A DNA stretch of 51,108 bases from Planctomycetota bacterium. GTDB taxonomy: Bacteria > Planctomycetota > UBA1135 > UBA2386. The stretch covers positions 1 to 51,108 of the forward strand of contig JBMHDP010000068.1 of the NCBI GenBank assembly GCA_049889335.1, written 5' to 3'. Made by a program: the position numbers and the translations under genes. How positions within the stretch are numbered: position 1 is the first letter of the stretch; each line of letters starts with the position of its first letter. Of this stretch, positions 7,957 to 22,817 are shown one piece after another. Below the pieces are notes generated by a model that saw only the letters and a program-made list of their open reading frames with translations, was not told the origin of the DNA and made no database searches.

Positions 7957-9612
7957 ATGATGCTCCGCCGCGCGTTGGCCATCGCCCTGACCCTGCCGTG
8001 CCTGGCCGCGCAGCGAGCCGGCGGCCTCGGACCAAGCGGCCCCGGACCGAACGTCTCCGGCGGGCCGCTCCGCGCGGATCAGGCGTGCTACGACGTGCGG
8101 CACTACGGATTGGAGGTGGAGGTCCACCTCGACAGCCAGCAGATCGAGGGCGAGCTGACGATGCGGGCGGACGCGGTCGAGGACGTGGAGGTCTTCGCTC
8201 TGGACCTGGACGACCAGTTCCAGGTCGCCGGGGTGCAGCTGGGTGGAGAGGACGCGCGCTACGTGTTCCAGCGCGGTCGCATCGTGGTCCGCCCGGCCGC
8301 GCCGATCCGAGCCGGGGCTTCGTTCGAGGTCGCAATACGCTACGGCGGCAAGCCGCGCGTCGCGGTGCGGCCGCCTTGGTCCGGCGGGTTCACCTGGTCG
8401 AAGACCAAGGCCGGGGCGCCCTGGGTCGCGACGTCGTGCCAAGGAGAGGGCGCGGACCTGTGGTGGCCGTGCAAGGACCATCCCTCCGACAAGCCGGACG
8501 GCTTCGACCTGTGGTGCACGATCCCTGCTGGCCTGGTCTGCGCTTCGAACGGCACGCTGCAGGGCGAGCCGCGCGAGCAAGGGGACAAGCGCGTCTGGCA
8601 CTGGCGGACCGCGTCGCCGATCGCGAACTACAACGTCGCGCTAAACATCGCGCCCTACGTCCTGCTGGAGGAGTCCTTCACCTGCGTCGACGGCACCGAG
8701 ATGCCGGTCGCCTTCTACGTGCTGCCCGAGAGCGTCCGGAAGGCCAAGCGCTGCATGCGGACGTTCCTGGACCACGTCGCCGTGTTCGAGCGTCTGCTGG
8801 GCCCCTACCCGTTCCGGCACGAGAAGTACGGCGTCGCCGAGACGCCGTTCCTCGGCATGGAGCACCAGACCATCATCGGCTACGGCAACGGCTTCCGGGA
8901 AGAGCAGTACGACTGGCTGCACAACCACGAGCTCGCGCACGAGTGGTGGGGCAACCTCGTCACCTGTCGCGACTGGAAGGACATGTGGCTGCACGAGGGA
9001 TTCGGCACCTACATGCAGCCGCTCTACCGCGAAGTCCGCTTCGGCCGGCAGGCCTACGAGGACGAGATCCACCGCCACCGCACGATGAACCGGGCCCCGA
9101 TCGCGCCGCGGGAGGCGCGCGACAGCAAGCAGATCTACTTCGGCGGCGGCGGCGGTAACGACATCTACTACAAAGGCAGCCTCGTCCTGCACACGCTGCG
9201 CTTCCACTTGGGCGACGAGAAGTTCTTCGAAGTGCTGCGTCGCTTCGCCTACCCGGACCAGGCCGCGCGGGAGCGCACCGACGGCGGTCAGGTGCGCTTC
9301 GTCGACACCGAGGACCTCGTCGCGCTGGTCGACGAGGTGGCGGGCCGGGACACCGGCTGGTTCTTCGAGGTCTACGTGCGCCGCGCGGCCTTACCGCGGA
9401 TCGAATATGCCGTCGTGGACGGCGTGCTCGAGCTGGCGTGGATCACGCCGGGCGACGCGCCGTTTCCCTTGGAGGTGCCCGTGATGCTCGGTGGCATCGA
9501 GGTCCGCGTGGCGATGCCGAACGGCAGGGGCAGCAAGGCTGTCGGCACCGCAGACTTCCACATCGACCCGCGGCGCCGGCTGCTGATGGCCCGCCCCCGT
9601 CGTCGGAACTGA
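7957..9612 (+). CDS. M1-family (gluzincin) zinc aminopeptidase, secreted
   Basis: 551 aa with a signal-like N-terminus (MMLRRALAIALTLPCLAAQ). The HELAHEWWGN motif plus the downstream Glu in WLHEGFGTY gives the HEXXH-X18-E arrangement. Confidence 0.85.
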   Translation: MMLRRALAIALTLPCLAAQRAGGLGPSGPGPNVSGGPLRADQACYDVRHYGLEVEVHLDSQQIEGELTMRADAVEDVEVFALDLDDQFQVAGVQLGGEDARYVFQRGRIVVRPAAPIRAGASFEVAIRYGGKPRVAVRPPWSGGFTWSKTKAGAPWVATSCQGEGADLWWPCKDHPSDKPDGFDLWCTIPAGLVCASNGTLQGEPREQGDKRVWHWRTASPIANYNVALNIAPYVLLEESFTCVDGTEMPVAFYVLPESVRKAKRCMRTFLDHVAVFERLLGPYPFRHEKYGVAETPFLGMEHQTIIGYGNGFREEQYDWLHNHELAHEWWGNLVTCRDWKDMWLHEGFGTYMQPLYREVRFGRQAYEDEIHRHRTMNRAPIAPREARDSKQIYFGGGGGNDIYYKGSLVLHTLRFHLGDEKFFEVLRRFAYPDQAARERTDGGQVRFVDTEDLVALVDEVAGRDTGWFFEVYVRRAALPRIEYAVVDGVLELAWITPGDAPFPLEVPVMLGGIEVRVAMPNGRGSKAVGTADFHIDPRRRLLMARPRRRN

Positions 9613-9616
9613 CGGC

Positions 9617-10894
9617 ATGGGCTATGGTGGCGCCATGCGCGTCTCGTGGGTCCTGCCTTCGCTCCTGCTCGCTCCGATCGTCTGCGGTCAGCGGATCGGG
9701 GAGGCCGCGGAGCCCAACGCTTCGGTGACCACGGCGACCCCGCTCGCGTGCGGCCAGGAAGCGGTCGGGCTCCTGAGCTCGCTGGCCGACGAGGACTGGT
9801 TCTCGTTCGTCGTGACGGGGACCGTCGACCTGTCGGTCGCGACCGGGCCGGGGCTGGGCACCAGCTGTCGGGACACGATCGTCACGCTGCTCGACGGCAC
9901 CGGCGGCCCGCTGCGACAGAACGACAACGGACCCGTCTCGGGCGCCTACTCCGAGCTGTTCGTGCCACAGCTGCCTGCGGGCACCTACTTCCTCGCCGTC
10001 GCGGCCGGAGAGGACGCGGTGCCGGGCTCCTACCAGCTCGACCTCGTCTGCCGGACGCCCGCGGCGCCCGCCAGCCCGACGACGACCAACGAAGCCGCAG
10101 AGAACAACGACCCGTTGACCGGCGGCGTCGCCACCAACGGCGTGGTCCCGACGCGTTGCAGCGGCGCGCTCCAGAGCACGGGCGTCGACGGCGACTGGGA
10201 CTTCTGGCGCCTGCTCGTGATCGGCGACAGCGTGGTCCGCATCGACATGTCGCCGACGGCGAGCCTCGCGGGGGGCGCGGCGTCGGATCCGCTCGTCCTC
10301 GTCTACGACAACTCCTCACCGCCGGAGCTGGTCGCCGGCCCGTTCTACGCGAGCGCTCGCGACACGTGGGACCAGGTGCTGGAGTTCCGGCTCAAGGGCG
10401 GCCTGCACCACTTCGTCGTGCGTGGGGTCGAGGGCAGCCCGCCGGGCAGCTACCTGATGGACGTCACCGCGGTCCCGTCCGCAGCCGGGGTCGTCTTCCC
10501 CGGCGGCTGCAACGGCCGGTCGCTGACGCTCGCGACGGCCGTACACGGCGTCGCCGCGCCGCTGGTGCGGGAGTATCCGCGCTTCGGCTCGAGCTACTCG
10601 GTGCAGGGCAGCGGCCTCGGCGCGTTCGGGTTCTCGTTCCATCTGCTCGGTCTGCAGGGCCAGTCGTTCGACCTGACCCCGCTCGGCGCGCCCGGGTGCA
10701 CGCTCGAGGTCGTCCCCCTCGAGACGGTGCTCCAGGTGACGGGGCCGTCCGGCGGCGCCGCGTGGACGACGCCGATCCCCGACGCCGTCGTGTTCCTCGG
10801 CACGCAGCTGCACAGCCAGGTGGTGGTCTGGGACCAGTCCAACGCGTTCGGGTTCACGACCAGCAACCGCGTGGTCGGCTTCGTCGGGAACTGA
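9617..10894 (+). CDS. secreted protein with two pre-peptidase C-terminal (PPC)-like domains
   Basis: 425 aa; an alternative ATG at 9635 gives a cleaner signal peptide. Two repeats follow the PPC pattern (DEDWFSFVV...AGTYFLAV..GSYQLDL and DGDWDFWRLLV...GLHHFVVRG..GSYLMDV). The C-terminal domain of about 130 aa is unassigned. Confidence 0.5.
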   Translation: MGYGGAMRVSWVLPSLLLAPIVCGQRIGEAAEPNASVTTATPLACGQEAVGLLSSLADEDWFSFVVTGTVDLSVATGPGLGTSCRDTIVTLLDGTGGPLRQNDNGPVSGAYSELFVPQLPAGTYFLAVAAGEDAVPGSYQLDLVCRTPAAPASPTTTNEAAENNDPLTGGVATNGVVPTRCSGALQSTGVDGDWDFWRLLVIGDSVVRIDMSPTASLAGGAASDPLVLVYDNSSPPELVAGPFYASARDTWDQVLEFRLKGGLHHFVVRGVEGSPPGSYLMDVTAVPSAAGVVFPGGCNGRSLTLATAVHGVAAPLVREYPRFGSSYSVQGSGLGAFGFSFHLLGLQGQSFDLTPLGAPGCTLEVVPLETVLQVTGPSGGAAWTTPIPDAVVFLGTQLHSQVVVWDQSNAFGFTTSNRVVGFVGN

Positions 10895-10936
10895 CCGCGG
10901 GCGCCAAGGGGCGCAGGGCGCGGGCGCGGCGGGCGC

Positions 10937-12385
10937 TCAGAGCCGCTTGATGCGCAGGTCGCGGAAGGCGACCTCGTCGCCGTGGTCCTGCAGCGCGATC
11001 CGGCCGCTCGCGGCCTTGCCGAACGGCCAGTCGCGGAACTTGCTCGCGGCGACCATCCGGTCCCACGCGGGCCCGCGGCACGCGCAGTCGACCACCTTGG
11101 CCCCGTTGAGGTAGTGCTGGAGCCGGCCGTTCGAGACGACGATCCTCGCGGTGTTCCACGCGCCGGCGGGCAGCGCTCGCTTGCCCTCGGCGGGCACGAG
11201 GTCGTAGAGCGCGCCGACCGCGTGCGTCGGCTTCGGGGACCGCGCCGCGTCGTCGAGGACCTGGAACTCGGGGCCGCTGACGTAGGTCTCCTGCCCCTCG
11301 TCGGTGACGTGCCACATGACGCCCGAGTTCGCGCCGGGCGCGACCCGGAACGAGAACCGCAGGTCGAAGTCCTCATAGCGGTCCCTCGACACGAGGTCCC
11401 CGCCGCCGCCGCCGGCCTCGTGCACGATCGCGGCGTCCCGGACGACCCACCCCTTGGCGGGCAGCTCGTCGCGGCGGAACGCGGTCCATCGCTCGATCGC
11501 GCGACCGTCGAACAGGAGCTCGAAGCCCTCCCGCTCCTCGGATTCGGAGAGCCGGTTCAGCGGCGTGGTCGGCAGCGTCACCGCGCCGGTCGCCGCCCAC
11601 TCGGCGCCCCGGGCGAGCAGCAGCCGCAGCTGCGGGTCGGCCCAGGTGGCGCGGCTCGGGACGTTGTTGCGCCACACGTGTCCCAGGGGCGTGTGGAAGA
11701 CGCGGCCGCGGCCGAAGCGGGCGGCGGTCGCCATCGGCTCGAAGCGGCCGGTGCCGCCGGTGGCGGGGTCGCTGTAGGCGCTCATCAGCACGCGGTAGTC
11801 GGCGCCGGGCTTGTGGACGAGGCGATGGTAGAGCTCGTCCGGATGCATGCGCAGGTCCGGCATCCCGGCGGTCACCGGGTGGTGGGGGTCGACGACGTGC
11901 ACGTCGAACGGGTGGTAGCGGCCGTGGCCGGTGCCGCGGCGCCACAGCAGGCCGACCATCCGCTCGTAGTCGTCCCAGCCGGTGAAGGCGTTGTTCGCGG
12001 CGTGCACCACGGCGACGCCGCAGCCCCCCCGGACCGCCTGGAGGAACGACCGCTCGGCGGCCTCTCCCCAGCGCGGCCCGTTGTAGTCGAGCACGATCAG
12101 GTCGAGCGCGCCGTTGGCGTGCCGCGCGGCGACGTCGACGAGGTCCTTCGCCGGAGCGTCGGTGATCGCGACCTCGAACCGACCGGTCTCCTGCAGCGCG
12201 TCGCGGATGCGCGGCGAGGTGAACTCCCAGTCGTGGTTGTTGGCGCCCGTGACGATCAGGGCCTGCACAGGCGGCGGCGCGCCCTGCGGCGAGAGGGCGG
12301 ATGTCACGAACAACGCAGCCGTCATGGTCCACATGACCGCACGGTAGCGCGCGCGGCGCCGCGGTTCCCGCCCTGCGCTGGCCAC
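10937..12385 (-). CDS. ThuA-like domain fused to a DUF1080 (3-keto-disaccharide hydrolase-like) domain; secreted
   Basis: The N-terminal half resembles ThuA (LIVTGANNHDWEF, VAVVHAANNAF). The C-terminal half has the DUF1080 pattern (GWVVRDAAIVH, NSGVMWHV, EFQVLDD, GRIALQDHGDEVAFRDLRIKRL). The start is more likely the ATG at 12334 (MWTMTAALF), which gives a signal peptide. Confidence 0.75.
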   Translation of the reverse strand: MASAGREPRRRARYRAVMWTMTAALFVTSALSPQGAPPPVQALIVTGANNHDWEFTSPRIRDALQETGRFEVAITDAPAKDLVDVAARHANGALDLIVLDYNGPRWGEAAERSFLQAVRGGCGVAVVHAANNAFTGWDDYERMVGLLWRRGTGHGRYHPFDVHVVDPHHPVTAGMPDLRMHPDELYHRLVHKPGADYRVLMSAYSDPATGGTGRFEPMATAARFGRGRVFHTPLGHVWRNNVPSRATWADPQLRLLLARGAEWAATGAVTLPTTPLNRLSESEEREGFELLFDGRAIERWTAFRRDELPAKGWVVRDAAIVHEAGGGGGDLVSRDRYEDFDLRFSFRVAPGANSGVMWHVTDEGQETYVSGPEFQVLDDAARSPKPTHAVGALYDLVPAEGKRALPAGAWNTARIVVSNGRLQHYLNGAKVVDCACRGPAWDRMVAASKFRDWPFGKAASGRIALQDHGDEVAFRDLRIKRL

Positions 12386-12414
12386 GGCCGTCGCGTTCCT
12401 GTATCCCAGGAGCC

Positions 12415-13803
12415 ATGCAGGTCTGCATCCCCACGGCGCTGTCGCTCCTCGGCGCGTTCAGCGCGCCGCTGTGGGCGCAGGTCTCCGCTGTCGAGCGTGC
12501 GGTGGCGCGCGCCGAGGCGATCGGCGCGCGGACCGGGGTGGCGGTCGGCGACGCCTCGGCCAGGATCCTGTATCGCAACCGCGCCGGCGAGGCGTTCGCG
12601 CCCGCGAGCAACATGAAGCTCCTCACCGCGGCCGGCGTGCTCAGCGGGCTGGGGCGCGATCACCGCTTCGTCACAGACTTCCGGCTCGACGAGGGGGTGC
12701 TGCGGGTGAGCGCGAGCGGCGACCCCAACTGGATCGCCGGCACCGACCACGACCCGGCGCGGGTCTTCGGCGCGGTCGCCGCCGCGATCCGCGCGCGCGG
12801 CGTCTCGTCCGTGCGCGCCGTGGAGCTGGCGCCCGGCGCGTTCACCGGGCCGAGCCGGCCCGCGACGTGGCCGCAGGATCAGCTCTACGCGTACTACTGC
12901 GCGCCGACCGGGCCGTTCGTCTTGCAGCAGGGCACCTTCGTGATGGGCATCCAGCGCAGCGGCGGCGCCTCGGCGCGGGTCGCGCTGCTCGCGCCGCCGG
13001 CGGGATACCGGGTCCTGGGGGCGGTCCGCGAGGTCGCGCGCCAGAAGGGCGCGACCTACGGCGCGATCGACGAAGGCGGGGCCGTCCGCGTGCGCGGCAA
13101 GTTCTACCGGAAGTCGCCGCGGGTGGAGATCAAGACGTCGGTGAAGGACCCGACGCGCTGGTACGAGGACACGCTCGTGCACCAGCTCCGGCTCGGCGGC
13201 GTGACGGTGGCGGCGGACGCGCCGCCGGCGACCCAAGGGGTCGTGCACAGCCACCAGAGCTCGCTGCAGCCGGCGCTGCGCAGGATGCTGGAGGACTCGT
13301 CCAACTTCGACGCCGAGCAGTGCCTGCGGATCCTGGGCGCAGCGACGGCGGGCGACGGCAGCCTCGCGGGCGGGACCCGCGCGCTGCGCGTAGCCTTGGA
13401 GTCGCTGGTGGGGCGGGTCCCGGAAGGCGTCGAGCTGGTGGACGGCTCGGGTCTCTCGAAGCAGAACCGTCTCAGCCCGGGCCTGCTCGTCGTCGCCATG
13501 TTCGAGCTGGAGCGGCGCGGGCTCTGGTCCCAGCTCGAGGACTGCCTGCCGGTCGCGGGCCGCACCGGGACGCTGCGCAAGCGCTTCGTCGGCAGCGGCC
13601 TCGAGGGCCGCGTCCGCGCGAAGACGGGCTGGATCCGGGGCGCGTCGTCGCTGTCGGGCGTCGTCGAGGCGCAGGACGGCAGCAGGCGGTGGTTCTCGAT
13701 CCTGATGAACTACGACCGCGGCCGGAGCGGCGTCAACAAGCAGCTCAAGCGGCTGCAGGAAGACATCGTCGCCGCCGTCGCGGCGATGCCGGGCGCGCAG
13801 TGA
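12415..13803 (+). CDS. dacB: D-alanyl-D-alanine carboxypeptidase/endopeptidase (PBP4, S13 family)
   Basis: 462 aa with a signal peptide. Motifs: SxxK motif ASNMKLLTAA, SGLS, and the KTGW box near the C-terminus (RAKTGWIRG). AGGAG lies upstream of the ATG. Confidence 0.85.
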   Translation: MQVCIPTALSLLGAFSAPLWAQVSAVERAVARAEAIGARTGVAVGDASARILYRNRAGEAFAPASNMKLLTAAGVLSGLGRDHRFVTDFRLDEGVLRVSASGDPNWIAGTDHDPARVFGAVAAAIRARGVSSVRAVELAPGAFTGPSRPATWPQDQLYAYYCAPTGPFVLQQGTFVMGIQRSGGASARVALLAPPAGYRVLGAVREVARQKGATYGAIDEGGAVRVRGKFYRKSPRVEIKTSVKDPTRWYEDTLVHQLRLGGVTVAADAPPATQGVVHSHQSSLQPALRRMLEDSSNFDAEQCLRILGAATAGDGSLAGGTRALRVALESLVGRVPEGVELVDGSGLSKQNRLSPGLLVVAMFELERRGLWSQLEDCLPVAGRTGTLRKRFVGSGLEGRVRAKTGWIRGASSLSGVVEAQDGSRRWFSILMNYDRGRSGVNKQLKRLQEDIVAAVAAMPGAQ

Positions 13804-14684
13804 CGTCGAACGCGGGCAGCTCCGGCGCGTCCGCAGCGGGGGGCGGCGCCGACCGGGACGCGCTCGCCGCCTGTCTCGACGAGGCCGTTCGACTGGCGGA
13901 GGCCGCTGGGGTGCAGCTGCTGGAGTTCGTCGACCGCGGCGTCGTCGCCGAGTCCAAGGGGATCCGCCGGGAGCTCGTCACGGCCGCCGACCGCGCCGCC
14001 GAGCGCGTCGTCGTGGGCGGCCTGCAGCGCCGGTTCCCCGGGCACGCGGTGCTCGCAGAGGAGGGGGTGCTGACGACGCAGGGGAAGCCGAGCTCGGAGT
14101 CGGAGTGGCTCTGGATCGTCGACCCGCTCGACGGCACCACCAACTACGTGCACGGCATCCCGTTCTACTGCGTCGCGATCGCGTTGGCCTACCGCGGTGA
14201 CCCCGTCGTCGGAGTCGTGCACGCCCCCGCGCTCGGAGAGACCTACGCGGCCGCGCGCGGGGCCGGCGCGACGCACCGGGCGCGCGACGGCCGCGTGCGT
14301 CGCCTCCAGGTCTCCGCAACCGCGGCGATGCCGGACGCGCTGCTCGCGACGGGCTTCTCCTACAACCGCAACGAGCCAGGGCGTGACGACAACACCCGCA
14401 GCGTGGCGCACGTGCTGCCCCGCTGTCGGGACCTGCGGCGCCTGGGGAGCGCCGAGCTCGACCTCTGCCTCGTCGCGGCCGGGGTCTACGACGGCTACTG
14501 GGAGCGCTACCTGCAGCCGTACGACGTGGCGGCAGGCGCGGTCATGGTGCGCGAAGCGGGCGGCGCGATCTCCGAGTTCGACGGCGGCGGCGGCTGGCTG
14601 TTCGGCGACTCGGTCGCCGCGACCAACGGTCACCTGCACGCCGAGCTGCGGCAGCTCCTGCGGGCTGCGGGCGCGTCACGGTAG
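13800..14684 (+). CDS. inositol monophosphatase family protein (SuhB/ImpA-like)
   Basis: The GTG start overlaps the dacB stop (GTGA). Motifs: EE...WIVDPLDGTTNYVHG, and WERYLQPYDVAAG (the WD..AG-type motif). Confidence 0.85.
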   Translation: MTSNAGSSGASAAGGGADRDALAACLDEAVRLAEAAGVQLLEFVDRGVVAESKGIRRELVTAADRAAERVVVGGLQRRFPGHAVLAEEGVLTTQGKPSSESEWLWIVDPLDGTTNYVHGIPFYCVAIALAYRGDPVVGVVHAPALGETYAAARGAGATHRARDGRVRRLQVSATAAMPDALLATGFSYNRNEPGRDDNTRSVAHVLPRCRDLRRLGSAELDLCLVAAGVYDGYWERYLQPYDVAAGAVMVREAGGAISEFDGGGGWLFGDSVAATNGHLHAELRQLLRAAGASR

Positions 14685-14735
14685 CGACGCGCTCGAGGGC
14701 CGGATCGAAGCGGATCGGGCTCCGTCTTCGTCGAC

Positions 14736-15113
14736 TCAGAGGCGCAGGCGCTCACGTCGCATCTCGCCGTCGGCCGCTTCGACCAGCCGGACAAAATGTG
14801 CGCCGCGCGCGAGCGGCGCGCGCTGCAGGTGCGTCCTCAGGGTCCCCAGCAGGCGCTCTTCATCCGGACCGCAGAAGAACAGCACGCACTCGCCGCCGCC
14901 ATACTCGTCGCCGTCATACTCTCCGACGCCGGCAGCCTGCACGGCCTGCTCCAGCTCGTCGGCGAGGACCTCGATCTGCGCCCGCTCTTCGTGGGTGCCC
15001 ATCGAGCGGTTGCTGAGCGGGAGGACGACCAGGAGGTCCCGCTCGTCGGCCGGGTCCTCACGGTCGAAGCCGAAGTCGGGTGCGGGCTGCTCGGGCATGG
15101 GGTCGTCGAGCAT
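14736..15113 (-). CDS. hypothetical acidic protein
   Basis: 125 aa, counted from the ATG at 15113 (MLDDPMPEQ...). Codon usage is consistent with the neighbours. No family recognised. It is divergent from the uvrA-like gene. Confidence 0.4.
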   Translation of the reverse strand: MLDDPMPEQPAPDFGFDREDPADERDLLVVLPLSNRSMGTHEERAQIEVLADELEQAVQAAGVGEYDGDEYGGGECVLFFCGPDEERLLGTLRTHLQRAPLARGAHFVRLVEAADGEMRRERLRL

Positions 15114-15201
15114 AGCGGCGTGGCGTGGATCCGGGGTCAAGTTCGGCGCCGCGCGACGCTGGCCAACGGGACCCCACCCGCTATGGTGAGGGGTTCGGAA
15201 C

Positions 15202-21101
<5,900 letters not shown>

Positions 21102-21105
<4 letters not shown>

Positions 21106-22817
21106 CGGGCGCTGGTGGGAGCTCGCCGGCTTCGTCGGAGCCGCCGCTGATCGTGCAGGCCGACGGCGCCGTGCTGCTGGAGACCCAGCACCCGGGCTAC
21201 GACGCCGCGCGCGTCCGGCTCGCGGCGTTCGCGGAGCTGGAGAAGTCGCCCGAATACGTGCACTTCTACCGGATCACGCCGATCAGCGTCTGGAACGCTG
21301 CCGCGCTCGGCGAGCGCGCCGAAGACGTGCTCGCCTGGCTGCACGAGAACGCGCGCTTCCCGATCGCCGGCGAGGTGACCGAGCGGATCGCCGAGTGGTT
21401 CCGACGCTACGGTCTGCTGCGTCTCGAGCGGGTCGACGAAGAGCGCCTGCGGCTTGTGTGTCGCGACCGTGAGCTGATGTCCGAGCTCCTCGAGCACCCG
21501 AAGCTTGAGCCCATGCTCGAGCGCGGCCCGCGCGGCAAGGTGACCCTGAGCGCTGCTGTGCGCGGGGAGTTGAAGCAGGCGCTGGTGCGGCTCGGCTACC
21601 CGGTCGACGACCGCGGCGGCTACCGGACCGGCGACGAGCTGTCGTTCGAGCTGTCGACGGCCGACGGCTTCGCGCTGCGCGACTACCAGCGCGCGGCGGC
21701 AGCGGCGTTCCACAAAGGCGGGACGGACGAAGGCGGCTGCGGCGTGGTGGTCCTGCCCTGCGGGGCGGGCAAGACCGTCGTCGGCATCGCCGCGATGCAC
21801 CTCCTCCAGACCAACACGCTGGTGCTGACGACCAACACCGTCGCCGTGCGGCAGTGGGTCCGAGAGATCCGCGCGAAGACCGGGCTCGGCGCGGACGACG
21901 TCGGCGAATACACCGGGGAGCACAAGGTGATCCGGCCGGTGACCGTGGCGACCTATCAGATCCTCACGCACCGCAAGGGCCGGCTCGAGGGCTTCACCCA
22001 CCTGGACCTGTTCGACAAGGGAGGCTTCGGCCTGATCGTCTACGACGAGGTGCACCTCCTGCCCGCGCCGGTTTTTCGCGCGACGGCGGGGATCCAGGCG
22101 CGTCGACGACTCGGCCTCACCGCGACGCTGGTCCGCGAGGACGGCCGTCAGGACGAGGTGTTCTCGCTGATCGGGCCCAAGCGCTACGAGCTACCTTGGA
22201 AGGAGCTGGAGCGGCGCGGGTTCCTCGCGGTGGCGCGCTGCCACGAGGTGAGGGTCCCGCTGGGGGAGGAGCGTCGGCAACGCTACGAGCGCGCCTCGGC
22301 GCGCAGCCAGATCCGCGTCGCGTCCGACAACGAACGCAAGCTCGACGTCGTCGGCAGTTTGCTGCGTCAGCACGTGCAGGACCGGGTGCTGCTGATCGGT
22401 CAGTACCTCGACCAGCTGAAGCAGCTGGCGACGTTGTTCGACCTGCCGCTGATCACGGGGCAGACCCCGAACGAGGAGCGGGACCGGCTCTACGCCGGCT
22501 TCCGCAGCGGCGAGCTTCCCCACCTGATCGTGAGCAAGGTCGGCAACTTCGCCGTCGACCTCCCCGACGCGAACGTCGCGATCCAGGTGAGCGGGACGTT
22601 CGGGAGTCGGCAGGAGGAGGCGCAGCGCCTCGGCCGCGTGCTGCGTCCGAAGCCGGACGGGCGCGGGGCGAGCTTCTACACGCTCGTCAGCGAGGACACC
22701 CGCGAGCAGGAGTTCGCTGGCAAGCGGCAGCTGTTCCTGACGGAGCAGGGGTATTCGTACGAGATCCTGGCCGCAGACGCGCTGCCGGGCGCGAGCAACG
22801 AGGAGGTGCGCGGGTGA
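21102..22817 (+). CDS. XPB/Ssl2/ERCC3-type SF2 DNA helicase
   Basis: 571 aa. The GTG start overlaps the upstream stop (GTGA). Motifs: RDYQ, Walker A LPCGAGKT, DEVH (22044-22055), and LGLTATLVREDG with the XPB-specific RED motif (22134-22142). LIGPKRYELPWKELERRGFLA is colinear with eukaryotic XPB. The N-terminal domain is damage-recognition-like (LIVQADGAVLLE...YRITPISVWNAAALG). Confidence 0.9.

Noticed and set aside
15193-15201. GTTC-G-GAAC palindrome at the uvrA-like start, considered as an SOS (LexA) box.
   Set aside because: It has only 4-bp arms with a 1-nt spacer. It matches none of the LexA box architectures known to me (CTGT-N8-ACAG, GAAC-N4-GTTC, GTTC-N7-GTTC). This arm length is expected many times by chance.
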